Assembly (NCBI GenBank): GCA_964555935.1
Contig: CAZKUN010000002.1
Location: 3,775-67,774, forward strand
Length of the DNA: 64,000 bases
Source of the DNA: an uncultured Armatimonadia bacterium
GTDB taxonomy: Bacteria > Armatimonadota > Zipacnadia > Zipacnadales > VGFC01
Direction: 5' to 3'
The notes below the pieces were generated by a model that saw nothing but the letters and a program-made list of their open reading frames with translations, was not told where the DNA came from and did no database searches. The translations under genes and the position numbers were made by a program. Shown piece after piece: positions 17,835-27,909 of this stretch (the first letter of the stretch is position 1; every line of letters begins with the position of its first letter).

Positions 17835-19145
17835 ATGCCCGAGTCCCCCGGCATGAGCCGCCGCAGCTTCATCGCCACCTCAGCCGCCGCGTCCGCCGGC
17901 GTCGCCGCCACGCCCCTCATCCTGCCGAGTCGTGCGATCGGCGCCAACGAGCGCATCTCTCTCGGCATGGTTGGCCCGGGCAGCCGCGGCCGCAGCCTGA
18001 TGGGCTGGGCCAGGAAGTTCTTCGATAGCGAGAACGCCGAGTTCACGGCCGTCTGCGATATCTGGAATCAGCGTCGCGACCAGGCCGCCGCAACCGTCAA
18101 GGAGTGGTCCGGCAAAGATCCCAAGCAGTACCGCACGCTCGCCGAGATCTGCGCCGACGATTCCATCGACGCGCTCATCATCGCCACGCCCGACTTCGCC
18201 CATGCCTATCACTGCCGCATTGCGGTCGAGGCCGGCAAGGATGTCTATGTCGAGAAGCCGCTCAGCAACGACTTCCGCCAGCTCAAGCTCTGCTGGGAGG
18301 CCGTGACTAGCAGCGACCGCGTCGTCGCGATGGGCACGCAGCGCCGGGGCGATGGCAAGTACCAGGGCGCTCAGGACTTCATCAAGTCCGGCGCCATGGG
18401 CAAGATCACCTATGGCGAAATCTACGAGCCCCTCTTCCAGCAACGCTGGCGGATTGGCGGATCGGAGAACTCGCTCACGGAGCAAGACACCATCTGGAAG
18501 GAGTTCCTCGCCTATCGGCCCTTCGAGCCCTTCGACGCGCGCAAGTACCGCGAGTTCCGGCTCTTCTGGCCGTACTCATCCGGGTGTTTCTGCCAGTGGA
18601 TGAGCCACAAGATCGACCTCGTCAACTGGGCGCTCGATGACATCCCAAGCTCCGCCGTCTCGTGGGGTGGCGTCTACGCGTGGCAGGACGGCCGCACCAA
18701 TCCGGACACGTGCCAGTGCCTGCTTGAATACCCGAACGGGTGCATGATCACCTACCACATGCGCCTCGGCAACGGCATGAACGGCCGCGGGACCACGCTC
18801 TATGGCACGAATGGCACGATGGATCTGGGCGGCGGCGTCGCCTATGGCGACGGCGGGGGCGGCACGATCACTGCCGTTGATCCCGGCAATCCCAACACTG
18901 CCTTCAAGGTGGATAAATCGAAGGTCCTGACCAAGAAATCCGACGGCGGCGTCAAGTGGGAATCGCCCGAGAGCGTCGACACCATGCAGGACTGGATGCA
19001 GTGTCTGCGCAGCCGCGAAACGCCCCGCTCGCACATCGACGCGGGCTATGGGCACTCCGTCGCGTGCATCCTGGCCAACATGGCCTACCGAGAGAACTGC
19101 CGCATGGTCTACGATCACTCGAAGATGATCATGAAGAAAGCCTAA
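17835..19145 (+). CDS. Gfo/Idh/MocA family oxidoreductase, TAT-secreted
   Basis: AGGAGG SD then ATG at 17835. Twin-arginine signal MSRRSFIATSAAASAGVAA, a Rossmann segment ISLGMVGPGSRG and an EKPLS motif. Confidence 0.8.
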   Translation: MPESPGMSRRSFIATSAAASAGVAATPLILPSRAIGANERISLGMVGPGSRGRSLMGWARKFFDSENAEFTAVCDIWNQRRDQAAATVKEWSGKDPKQYRTLAEICADDSIDALIIATPDFAHAYHCRIAVEAGKDVYVEKPLSNDFRQLKLCWEAVTSSDRVVAMGTQRRGDGKYQGAQDFIKSGAMGKITYGEIYEPLFQQRWRIGGSENSLTEQDTIWKEFLAYRPFEPFDARKYREFRLFWPYSSGCFCQWMSHKIDLVNWALDDIPSSAVSWGGVYAWQDGRTNPDTCQCLLEYPNGCMITYHMRLGNGMNGRGTTLYGTNGTMDLGGGVAYGDGGGGTITAVDPGNPNTAFKVDKSKVLTKKSDGGVKWESPESVDTMQDWMQCLRSRETPRSHIDAGYGHSVACILANMAYRENCRMVYDHSKMIMKKA

Positions 19146-19214
19146 GCCGCTCGTAGGCCGGGCTTCCCAACCGGCCAAGGCTCTAGCGAGCAATTGAAGA
19201 GAGGATAGTCCAAC

Positions 19215-19976
19215 ATGTCAAAGATCCCAGTCGCGCTTCAGCTCTACACCGTTCGTGACATGACGGAGAAGGATTTCGTGGGCACCGGCAAGCAGGTCGC
19301 CGAGATGGGCTATGCAGGCGTTGAGATGGCTGGCAATACGGGCGGCATGTCGCCCGCCGACCTGAAGGTCTTCCTCGGCGACCTCGGGCTCGCGCTTGCC
19401 GGCAGTCACGTCGGCATCGATCAGCTCGAGGACAACCTGGAGTCGGTCATCGAGGACAACATCACCCTCGGCAATCCGTGGATCGTCTGTCCGTATATGC
19501 CCGATGACCGCCGGGCCGACGCCGACGGCTGGCGCAAGGTCGCGGGCGCGCTCAGCGAAGTCGGAGCCAAGGTCAAGGCCGCCGGGCTGCAGCTCTGCTA
19601 CCACAACCACAGCTTCGAGTATGAGAAGTTCGATGGCGTCTCGGGCTTCGACATCTTCTACGGCGCGGTCGATTCCGATCTGGTCAAGGCGGAATTGGAC
19701 TGCTATTGGGTCCAGCACGGTGGCGAGGATCCGGCGGCCACTGTGACGGCCTTCGCGGGCCGCGTGCCGCTGGTCCACCTCAAGGACATGACCGCCGACG
19801 CCGAGCCCACCTTTACCGAGGTCGGCAACGGGATCCTCGATTTCCAGGCCATCTTCGCGGCCTCGGGTGACGCGGGCGTCGAGTGGTACATCGTCGAGCA
19901 GGACACGTGCGCCGGCCCCTCGCTTGAGAGCGCGCGGACCAGCATAGACAACCTCAGGTCCTGGGGGATTGCGTAG
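19215..19976 (+). CDS. Sugar phosphate isomerase/epimerase (xylose isomerase-like TIM barrel)
   Basis: 253 aa. Paired downstream of the Gfo/Idh/MocA gene. GAGAGGA SD. Confidence 0.75.
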   Translation: MSKIPVALQLYTVRDMTEKDFVGTGKQVAEMGYAGVEMAGNTGGMSPADLKVFLGDLGLALAGSHVGIDQLEDNLESVIEDNITLGNPWIVCPYMPDDRRADADGWRKVAGALSEVGAKVKAAGLQLCYHNHSFEYEKFDGVSGFDIFYGAVDSDLVKAELDCYWVQHGGEDPAATVTAFAGRVPLVHLKDMTADAEPTFTEVGNGILDFQAIFAASGDAGVEWYIVEQDTCAGPSLESARTSIDNLRSWGIA

Positions 19977-20037
19977 CCAGCCCGCAGGCATGGGCATCCG
20001 CGCTCATGAAGCCGCCCGCCATCGGAGCCCCTAAACC

Positions 20038-21123
20038 ATGCGCCAGCCTCGCTGCCTGTCTCTCAGCACGTGCCTCGCTGGTGCGGCCATTATGACTGGC
20101 ATGGCCGCCGCCCAACCCATCGAGATCCGCACCGACGCCTACACCCTCGTCGGCCTCGACTCCGGTGCGGTTGAGCTACGCGCGCCGGATGGGCGGATGC
20201 TGATCTCGATCAACGGTTACCGCGTGGAGTGGGCGCCGCCGAGAACATCCGGCGGCACCTGCCGTGAGGTGACCCTCGCGAGCGGGCAACGGGCCTTGGG
20301 CGTGGTGTACGACGTCGCTGACAATCCCACAGGTCGAGTGGCCATCCGCTCGGTGTTCGAGCCCCTCGCGGACCGAGTCATCGTCCGTTTTCTAATCAGC
20401 GCTCCCGATGACCTGAACGTGCGGGGAGGGATGTTGGCGCGCAGCTTCGGCCCAGATGCCGGCCCGGAACAGACGCACAAGATGGGCCGATGGACGCGAC
20501 ACGCCGGAGGCGGCGTGCCCTTCGAAGTGCCGGATGGATCTCTCTACCGGACCGACTACCCCGATGCATCCGTATTCCTGTCGACCGACGGCGTCGCCGA
20601 CTGGGCGGGGGATTGGGCGCGCCACTGCCCGCCAGAGCGCGTGGCGACCGGCCAATTCGAGGCCGAACTCGTCCTCGCACCCGCCGACCTCGCCGCCCGC
20701 CCAAGCGAGATTGCTGCACGGCTCAACAGCCGACCGGTGGCGCTGGATGTGTGGTCCGACCAACCCTTCCACCTGTGGGCATCGGACGACAAGCCGCTCT
20801 GGCTGCTCGTCGAGGCGACCAACGTCTCGGACCGACCCCGGCGCGTGGAGCGACAGTGCTGGGCGAGGGACTTCGACGGCGCCGTCGTGGACGAAGGCAC
20901 CGATGAGCTGTTCCTGGATCCGGGCGAGCGCCGGCAGGCGGTTCTGCAGTTCCCCGCGGCGAACCGTGGCATCCTGTATGTGGAGGTCAGTCTGCGTTCA
21001 GGCGATCACGAGGAGTTCGTCCGCACGACGCTCGGTCGCTTGCCTCCCCACGAATTCCAATCGGGGCTGAAAGCCCCTTCGGCATCGCTGCCTTCTTCGA
21101 CGTGCCCTCGGCCGACGACGTAA
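20038..21123 (+). CDS. Secreted protein of unknown function, probably the N-terminal beta-sandwich part of a frameshifted glycoside hydrolase
   Basis: Signal peptide MRQPRCLSLSTCLAGAAIMTGMAAAQP. The last ~20 codons (LKAPSASLPSSTCPRPTT) look non-coding, while the frame of the next ORF reads protein-like upstream of its GTG. See the frameshift finding at 21050-21110. Confidence 0.5.
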   Translation: MRQPRCLSLSTCLAGAAIMTGMAAAQPIEIRTDAYTLVGLDSGAVELRAPDGRMLISINGYRVEWAPPRTSGGTCREVTLASGQRALGVVYDVADNPTGRVAIRSVFEPLADRVIVRFLISAPDDLNVRGGMLARSFGPDAGPEQTHKMGRWTRHAGGGVPFEVPDGSLYRTDYPDASVFLSTDGVADWAGDWARHCPPERVATGQFEAELVLAPADLAARPSEIAARLNSRPVALDVWSDQPFHLWASDDKPLWLLVEATNVSDRPRRVERQCWARDFDGAVVDEGTDELFLDPGERRQAVLQFPAANRGILYVEVSLRSGDHEEFVRTTLGRLPPHEFQSGLKAPSASLPSSTCPRPTT

Positions 21124-22247
21124 ACGCGCTGCTTGGTCGCATGGGCGTCCGCTGGGTTCGAAGCGGGGAACCGGAACGGGCCGCACTGTTCGGGGCCCAG
21201 GCGGCCTGGCACGCGGGCGCGGAGACGGACTTCCTCGCTGACGATCCGCCCGGGCGCGAGGCCCATCTCCGCGAAGTGCTTGAGGCCTGCGACGCGCGAA
21301 AGAACCCCTATCTCGAACTTTTCAACGAGTGGAACATGGCAGGTGGTCTCGGCAACGCGGTCCTCGCCGAGAGGTACGTCCAGGGCTGGCTACTTCCGCT
21401 CGACAGGCTCCGCCGCGAGACGAACTCCTCCGTCATAATCATGAGTCTCGGGCTCTCGGGGTCTGACCCGACGTGGCTGCGACGGGTGAAGGAACTGGGC
21501 GGGTGGGACGCGATCGACGCCGTCGCCATCCATCCCGGCCGCGGCAACTACACGCCCGACTGCACGCGGGTCGAGGCGCCTGACGAATACTGGCAGTTCC
21601 TGGGTACCGTCCGCGAGGCGAAGCAGACCGTCGCCGAACTCGGCGAGAAGCCGATCTGGCTCACCGAGGCCTACGCGCCGACGTTCCCAAACTCATGGTG
21701 GCATGATACGTACCGACACGCGGCTGAAAACGTGGTTCTGACCATGGCGCTCGCGGTCGCCGAGGGCATCCGCGGCGTCCACTGGTACCAGCTCCACAAC
21801 TCCACCTGGTACGATGTCGGCGGCGTGAGCGAGACGGATCCTGAATACCACTACGGACTCCTCCACCGCGACGGCAGCCTGAAGGCGAGTCTCCTCGCGT
21901 ATTGCACGGTTGCCGAAGCCCTGGACCAGGCGGAATTCGCCCGATGGCTCGATCTCCCCGCACCGGACGCGAAGGGTCTTCTCTTCGATCGGCCTGACGG
22001 CCAGGTGGCCATTCTCTGGAGTCGCGCCGACGGGTACATCCTCAACGGGAAGAAGGAGGGGTACGCCGAACTTGAGCCATGGATCGACCCGTGGCCCACG
22101 AAGACGACCATCAACATCCCAGCGGAGGGCCCCGTCCGCGTCATCGACTGCATCGGTCGCGAGACCGTCGTGACTCCCGCGGGTGGCGAGGTAGCGCTGG
22201 TGCTCGACGGCGCGCCGCGAATCGTCTACGGCCTCGCCTTCGACTAG
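21102..22247 (+). CDS. Glycoside hydrolase, clan GH-A (TIM-barrel) catalytic domain
   Basis: An NEW acid/base motif (YLELFNEWNMAG) and a TE nucleophile motif (KPIWLTEAYAP) sit in the expected order. The GTG start is probably artificial if this ORF is fused to the upstream one. Confidence 0.55.
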   Translation: MPSADDVNALLGRMGVRWVRSGEPERAALFGAQAAWHAGAETDFLADDPPGREAHLREVLEACDARKNPYLELFNEWNMAGGLGNAVLAERYVQGWLLPLDRLRRETNSSVIIMSLGLSGSDPTWLRRVKELGGWDAIDAVAIHPGRGNYTPDCTRVEAPDEYWQFLGTVREAKQTVAELGEKPIWLTEAYAPTFPNSWWHDTYRHAAENVVLTMALAVAEGIRGVHWYQLHNSTWYDVGGVSETDPEYHYGLLHRDGSLKASLLAYCTVAEALDQAEFARWLDLPAPDAKGLLFDRPDGQVAILWSRADGYILNGKKEGYAELEPWIDPWPTKTTINIPAEGPVRVIDCIGRETVVTPAGGEVALVLDGAPRIVYGLAFD

Positions 22248-22320
22248 CCACCACGCTCCAGCCCGCCAGCCTCCCCTCGCGGAATCGTGTCAACCAATCG
22301 GGCGCAATTGGGATACTGTA

Positions 22321-22959
22321 TTGGTGAAGGCGCGCCACAACCTGGGCGAGGGGGACTCCCAACTGGCCGACCAGAGCTGCTCCACACAGGCGACGCTCGT
22401 CGCCCAGGCCCGCAACGGCGATCACTCGGCCTTCACATCCCTCGCTGAACCTCACCGGCATCGCATCTGGCGACTGGCCTGGCGCTTCACGGGTGACCGC
22501 GAAGATGCGGAGGACCTCCTCCAGGATGCTCTCGTGCGCGCGTACTCGTACGTCGGTAGCTTCGGGGACGGGCGCGAGTTTGGCCCTTGGCTCATGAAGA
22601 TTGCCGTCAACGCGTGCCTGGCACACCGGAAGCGGCGGGAGCGCCGGTCCGCAGCCCACCAGGCGGCGGAGACGCTCTCGCGGGAGTCGGTGAGGCCTGG
22701 CAATCCATCCGAGACCGCCCGTCGCCGCGAGCTGCGTGCACAGGTGCGCGCGGCCATCGCGGCCTTGCCGCGTCGGCAACGGGCGGCGGCAGTCCTCTTC
22801 GAGATTGAGGGCCACGACATCCGTGAGGTGGCGAGCCTCATGGGGTGCAGGCCCGGCACGGTCAAGCGTCACCTTCATCGAGCAAGGGTGGCGCTCGCGA
22901 TCAGATTGGCTGGGATCGCCGACGACGTGGCGTCCACGGAAGGCGGGTGCGGGACATGA
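22321..22959 (+). CDS. ECF-subfamily RNA polymerase sigma factor
   Basis: Region 2 segment LLQDALVRAYSYVGSF and a region 4 helix-turn-helix IREVASLMGCRPGTVKRHLHRAR. TTG/GTG start at about 22321. The stop overlaps the anti-sigma start as ATGA. Confidence 0.7.
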   Translation: MVKARHNLGEGDSQLADQSCSTQATLVAQARNGDHSAFTSLAEPHRHRIWRLAWRFTGDREDAEDLLQDALVRAYSYVGSFGDGREFGPWLMKIAVNACLAHRKRRERRSAAHQAAETLSRESVRPGNPSETARRRELRAQVRAAIAALPRRQRAAAVLFEIEGHDIREVASLMGCRPGTVKRHLHRARVALAIRLAGIADDVASTEGGCGT

Positions 22960-24548
22960 GCAACGGTCCACGGGGAATGGTGTGCCGCGAGGCCGTGCGG
23001 CACATGCACAAGGTACTCGATGCCCGCGAAACCGCCGGCGCTCGCGACGGGCTGACCGCGCACCTCGCGGTGTGCGAGGCGTGCCGAACCCAGTACGAGC
23101 GTCTGGCGTCAGTGCCTGGCGCGCTCCTGCTCGATGGCGCGCCCGAACTGACCTCGGCGGCGTGGCAACGCGTCTCAGCAGGGATGCAGACGCAGCTCAC
23201 GCACACTCGGCGTTTGCGCCCCGCGCACCTGCTCCGCGCAGGAGTGCTGATCGTGCTGTGCCTTGGGGTAGCGCTCGTCTTCCTCACTCCTGAGCGGGAG
23301 AGCGTGAGCGCGCTGGCCGGTGTGCTGGATGCCATGGACGAGGTCGAGACGGCGCACGGCAAGGGCATCCACACTGTAGCGTACTGGGCTGAGGGGGACG
23401 GGCTCCGGGAGCGCGAAGAGCCTCTCGAGACGTGGTTCGCCTCAGGCAGGGGGCTCCGGCGCGAGACACCCACCTGGGTGGTCCTGCGCGAGCCGGATGC
23501 CACCGTACGATACAACAAGACGCAAGCCGCGGCCGCCATCGAGACCGGCTCGGACACATACGGCGATTCGTTCATGGGGAGGGTGCTGTCCACCCTCTAC
23601 CTGTCGCCCGATCCGAGACAGCCTAAACGACACGTTACCGAGGGGAAGGCGGATCTCCATGGGCGCGCTGTAGACTATGTTGAGATCTCGCGTGACAGTT
23701 TCGGTCGTCAGTGGTCCCGTTGGTGGGTCGATCCGAAGTCGAAACTGATCCTCCGCATAGAGGCCGGCGACGAGCCCGATCCCAAGCCTACGTACCGCAT
23801 GGACTACGACTACAACGTCGATGTGCCGGACGCGATGCTGCTATTCCGCCCTCCGCCGGGCGTGAAGGTGACCGATCTCCGCTCAGTCCCGCGGCAAGCG
23901 GCGCACCGTGCCGCCGACGAATTGCCGAATCACACGATCACCGCGCGGCGGCCGGTCAGGGAGGGCGAGCCGTACGAGTTCGGGCGTGTCGATGTGACCG
24001 AGATCTGGTCGCACGGCACGCTGGGCGCGCGCCAGGAATACTCCCTCGGCAAACTGGTGACTGTGAGCACGCAGGATGGGTCGTGGACCGCCGACCATGA
24101 GAGCGAGGGAATGCGATCCGTCCCGTTTAAGCTGTTCCCGTTCATCCGCCTTGCTGCACGCGGGGTGACGACCTTTGAAGGCCTGCACTGCGACGAAGTC
24201 GAGTTGGTCCGGCGGCAGTCCGAGGGCGACGAGGTCATCGAGGTCAGCTACGTTGCCGATGAGCCATCGGCGGCTGAGATGCACAGTGGGCATCCGGCCC
24301 CGCTCGGCCGGCCATGGCCGATCAAGACGGTTACGACGTTCAGCGACGCGCGGGAGCGCGTCATCGAGGTGCGGAAGTACATGAGAGACGGCGACTCATG
24401 GCAGTGGACCGAGACCACCGTCGTCAACTACCCCGAATCCCTACCCGATGACGTCTTTCAGTTCGAGCGCCACTGGAGCCGCCCGAAGGACCCCGTCTGG
24501 TATCCTGAGCGCCGGCAGGAGTGCATCGACCGGCTCGCCGAGGAGTGA
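22956..24548 (+). CDS. Zinc-finger (HxxxCxxC, ZAS-type) membrane anti-sigma factor with a large extracytoplasmic domain
   Basis: HLAVCEACRTQYE motif, one TM helix (LLRAGVLIVLCLGVALVFL) and a ~370-aa C-terminal domain. Start ATG at 22956. Confidence 0.65.
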   Translation: MSNGPRGMVCREAVRHMHKVLDARETAGARDGLTAHLAVCEACRTQYERLASVPGALLLDGAPELTSAAWQRVSAGMQTQLTHTRRLRPAHLLRAGVLIVLCLGVALVFLTPERESVSALAGVLDAMDEVETAHGKGIHTVAYWAEGDGLREREEPLETWFASGRGLRRETPTWVVLREPDATVRYNKTQAAAAIETGSDTYGDSFMGRVLSTLYLSPDPRQPKRHVTEGKADLHGRAVDYVEISRDSFGRQWSRWWVDPKSKLILRIEAGDEPDPKPTYRMDYDYNVDVPDAMLLFRPPPGVKVTDLRSVPRQAAHRAADELPNHTITARRPVREGEPYEFGRVDVTEIWSHGTLGARQEYSLGKLVTVSTQDGSWTADHESEGMRSVPFKLFPFIRLAARGVTTFEGLHCDEVELVRRQSEGDEVIEVSYVADEPSAAEMHSGHPAPLGRPWPIKTVTTFSDARERVIEVRKYMRDGDSWQWTETTVVNYPESLPDDVFQFERHWSRPKDPVWYPERRQECIDRLAEE

Positions 24549-24710
24549 GGTAGCGCGAAGGCGGTGACGATTCTCTAGGGCCTCGCCTCGATGCCGCGAC
24601 CGTAACATCCGAGTCCCGGCCCAACCCCAGCGCGACGGTCAACGCCTGTCTCGGCAGTTCGGATACAGATGGACAGGCCACAGACCTACCAGCCACCGGG
24701 CCCCATCGCG

Positions 24711-25655
24711 TCACCCCGGCACCACGAGCCTCACCTTCCGCTCCGCCAGCCCGACTTTGGCGACCGCGCCACTGTTGAACTCGAGGTAATCCGCCTCGAC
24801 CCCATCGCTGAAGATGACGCCGCTTTGCGGCATGTGCGAGGTGATCTCCAGCGCCTGCCCCGCGTGGATCTGGCCGCACACCAGCTCGGCCGACGAGACG
24901 TTGCTCACGAACGGCTCGCGGACGTTGTACAAGAGATGGTCCGCGTCCCACGCGAACTTGTAGCTCTCGCGCACGACGTCCACGGAATCGTCGCCGACGA
25001 CCGTGCCGGCCACGCCCGCCGCGCCGGCCATGATGCTCCGCAACCACCCCGTCGATCCCGCGCCGGTCGAGACGATGATCCCGCTGGATGACTGATTCTC
25101 CGCCTGCCTCCCCAACGCCAGCCGGTACCTCGCCGACGCGTGCGTTCGCTGACCGATAAAGAGGTCGTTGACTGCGTGCAGCGTCTGGCCATCGTTCAGC
25201 TCGGCCTTGGCCATCGACACCTCGCTGACCGAGTAATCGCCGTCGACGGTTGCGCGCAGTGCTTCGCGGGCCCGACCGACTGAGAACGGCACGAGCACGC
25301 CATCGATCCGTCTCACGTCGGGATTGACTGCAAGCAAGGGTTGCGAGCTGAGGTACTTCGCCGTGTTTACGACAAGCCCATCGCGCCCCAGCGTCACCAC
25401 CAGATCGCGCTCGCCAAACAGGAAGTTGGGGAGGTACTTGCGGTCGATGAAGTGACTTCTGACGCCCTTTGGCAGCGAGCGCCCGAGTTGTTCCCGCGAC
25501 CCTTGGTACGTGTCATGGGCGGCCTGATACTCGTCGAACGATTCGCCCATGTGTTCGATGTAGAACCGCGCTTGGTCACGCGTGTTGAACCGCTCGACAA
25601 GCTCGTCGAGCATGGTGCGCTGGGTGATGACAACGATCTTGTCGATGTCAGCCAT
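24711..25655 (-). CDS. NAD kinase (PpnK) family protein with N-terminal extension
   Basis: GIIVSTGAGSTGWLRS resembles the GSTAYSxSAGGP motif, and VVTLGRDGLVV resembles GGDG. 314 aa. Confidence 0.5.
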   Translation of the reverse strand: MADIDKIVVITQRTMLDELVERFNTRDQARFYIEHMGESFDEYQAAHDTYQGSREQLGRSLPKGVRSHFIDRKYLPNFLFGERDLVVTLGRDGLVVNTAKYLSSQPLLAVNPDVRRIDGVLVPFSVGRAREALRATVDGDYSVSEVSMAKAELNDGQTLHAVNDLFIGQRTHASARYRLALGRQAENQSSSGIIVSTGAGSTGWLRSIMAGAAGVAGTVVGDDSVDVVRESYKFAWDADHLLYNVREPFVSNVSSAELVCGQIHAGQALEITSHMPQSGVIFSDGVEADYLEFNSGAVAKVGLAERKVRLVVPG

Positions 25656-25660
25656 CCGCT

Positions 25661-26581
25661 CTACTCGAAGTCTGCATCGCTGCGCGGCCGGATCACGGCA
25701 AGCAGCTTGTCGGCGCTCGAACTCAACTCACGCAAAGCGAGGGCCAGGATCTTGCTCGCATCCACGCCGGCGGACACCTCAGTCTCGAGCTTCATCGCCT
25801 CGGCGCGAGCGGCGGCTTCCAACTCGATGGACTTCGCCCGCGACTGGGCTTCGCGCTCCACCGCCCGGCCCCTGAAGTCGGCCTCGCGCTGGATGTTCTC
25901 GCCTTTCAGGTCGATCAGCCGCTCTCGCTGCTCCTCGAGCGCGATCTCCGTGTTCAGCTCGTTCTCCTTGATCTTCCGCTCCATCTCCACCGCATCCGCG
26001 CGCCGGGCGTACGTCGCCTCGTCGGCCTTCTGCAGCAGCGATTCCCGGTACTCGGTCTCAAGCGCCGTCGCCACTTCAGGCGTAGGCTTGGCCGACAGAA
26101 CGTGGACCCCGAGTAGTTCCGCTCCGAGCGAATCGAGCTTGTTCGCCTCCGTAATCTCAGCACACACGCGCGTCGCGATCGCCTGAGATTGCTTCAGCGC
26201 GTCCTCCAAGGCCAAGTCGCGCAATTCTTCGCGCATCTGTGTCTGGATCACGTTGGCAATTCGCTGCAGCACGCGCTCGACGCTGTCGGCGACGTACGCA
26301 CGAGTGCGTGGATCGATCGTGAAGTTCAGGAGTTCGGCCGCCCGGTCTGGGTCGGTGATGCGGTAGGTGAACTGGCCTTGAAGCGTTACGTCCTGGAAGT
26401 CCCCCGCGACCTCGTTAAACACGAAGTTCGCGTCCGCCGTCGCCGTCGGCACGGCGACGATCTGCGTCTTGTGCTTCCAGTAGTAGAACGCCAGCCCAGG
26501 CCCCACCTTGACCGGTCTACCCGCCACGTACTTGATGACGTGTTCTGTCGGCTGACCTTTGAAGAACCCGATGCCGAGCAT
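25661..26581 (-). CDS. SPFH/band-7 (flotillin/stomatin-like) domain protein
   Basis: Start at MLGIGFFKGQPTEHVIKY with an AGGAG SD. A band-7 core is followed by a long Glu/Arg/Ala-rich coiled coil. Confidence 0.65.
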   Translation of the reverse strand: MLGIGFFKGQPTEHVIKYVAGRPVKVGPGLAFYYWKHKTQIVAVPTATADANFVFNEVAGDFQDVTLQGQFTYRITDPDRAAELLNFTIDPRTRAYVADSVERVLQRIANVIQTQMREELRDLALEDALKQSQAIATRVCAEITEANKLDSLGAELLGVHVLSAKPTPEVATALETEYRESLLQKADEATYARRADAVEMERKIKENELNTEIALEEQRERLIDLKGENIQREADFRGRAVEREAQSRAKSIELEAAARAEAMKLETEVSAGVDASKILALALRELSSSADKLLAVIRPRSDADFE

Positions 26582-26694
26582 TGTCTCAACTCCTTCCGCC
26601 GTCCGCATGCACCTTCCACCGGCTTGCTGTCGCGCCCTCTTCAGGTATTCCGGCGCGAGCAACGAACATACGCCTGTCTTGCTAGGAGAATAAC

Positions 26695-27909
26695 ATGTCC
26701 GAAGCCGTTGATGTTGCCGACGACCGCCGTATCGCTCGCCGCGTCATACTCACGCTCGCCGCCGCCAACTTCTTCCTTTTCTTCGGCGCGGGCGCGCAGC
26801 AGCAGTACCTGAGGGCTTACCTCGAGGACCTCGCCGGCTGGGGCGCATTCGCACCGGTGACGATTCCTGCAGGCGTCTACTTCTCCATGATGATCTTCCG
26901 CATCGCAAACGTGTGGTTGCTTCGCGGCTGGTCCGACCGTAAACAAGCCATCGTGGGCTCGCTGATGTACACGCTCTTCTGCGTCGTGATCGGCCTGCTG
27001 TTCGTCTGGCCGAGTTACGCGCTGGCGCTCATCGCGGCATTCGTATGGGGTTGGGGCGGCGCCGCTTTCTGGGCCGGCAACACGCTAATGACCCTTGCCG
27101 CCACCGACGCCGGGCGGCGGACCTATGGGACCAAGATCGGCGCGGTCCTCTCGGTGACCCACCTGGGATTCTGGCTGGGCGTCATCGTGCTTGGGAAGCT
27201 ACACGCCATGCTGCCGGATGAGCTGTCTTGGGTGCTCTACGCCGTCGCGGCCACGGTCACGCTCATCGGCAACATCGTCATGCTCACCACGCCACGCCTA
27301 GGTCACGTCACGCCGGACCCACCGACGCTCCGCGCGCTTGTGGAGGTCATAACCAAAGCGAAGGCGCTCATCTCGGCCTTCCTCCAACTGGCATCGGGGT
27401 TGACATTCGGCCTGATGATAGGGGTGTTCGGCATCCTGGTCAGCGAGGAGTATGGCGCGGATTCTGTTTGGATCGTCGCGCACTGGTATCCTGCGGCGCG
27501 ACTGGTGTGGAGTCTGGCCAGCGGCGCGCTCAGCGATCGGGTTGGCGGGTCGGCCGTGCTTGCCGGCGCGTTCCTGTCCACCACCCTAAGCCTGGTCGCG
27601 TGCGTCACCTGGCCGAGCAGGACGACGATGGCGCTCGCGGCGGTGGCGTTTGGGTTGCTGGGGGCAGCCGTCCCGGTGGTCGCGTCAGCGATCGTGGGCA
27701 ATTCGGCGGACAGGGAGAGACGCCCGCTGGTCTACGGCGCGATCTTCACAACGCGCGACGCCGGCTTTGTCATCGGGGCACTGGCGGGCTACGCGCTGCA
27801 GCTTGGGGCGGGCAGCGCGCGGCCCTTGTTCATCACGTTCGCGGTCATCTTCGGAGTATGCGGCGTGGTCGCGGTGGCGCTGCAACGATGGGCCGAGCAG
27901 AAGCTCTAG
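26695..27909 (+). CDS. MFS transporter
   Basis: 404 aa, about 12 TM helices, AGGAG SD. Confidence 0.75.
   Translation: MSEAVDVADDRRIARRVILTLAAANFFLFFGAGAQQQYLRAYLEDLAGWGAFAPVTIPAGVYFSMMIFRIANVWLLRGWSDRKQAIVGSLMYTLFCVVIGLLFVWPSYALALIAAFVWGWGGAAFWAGNTLMTLAATDAGRRTYGTKIGAVLSVTHLGFWLGVIVLGKLHAMLPDELSWVLYAVAATVTLIGNIVMLTTPRLGHVTPDPPTLRALVEVITKAKALISAFLQLASGLTFGLMIGVFGILVSEEYGADSVWIVAHWYPAARLVWSLASGALSDRVGGSAVLAGAFLSTTLSLVACVTWPSRTTMALAAVAFGLLGAAVPVVASAIVGNSADRERRPLVYGAIFTTRDAGFVIGALAGYALQLGAGSARPLFITFAVIFGVCGVVAVALQRWAEQKL

Noticed and set aside
22248-22320. ECF-type GGAAC-N16-CGTC autoregulated promoter upstream of the sigma factor gene
   Set aside because: GGAATC is present at about 22283, but no properly spaced CGTC -10 element follows, so it was not called.
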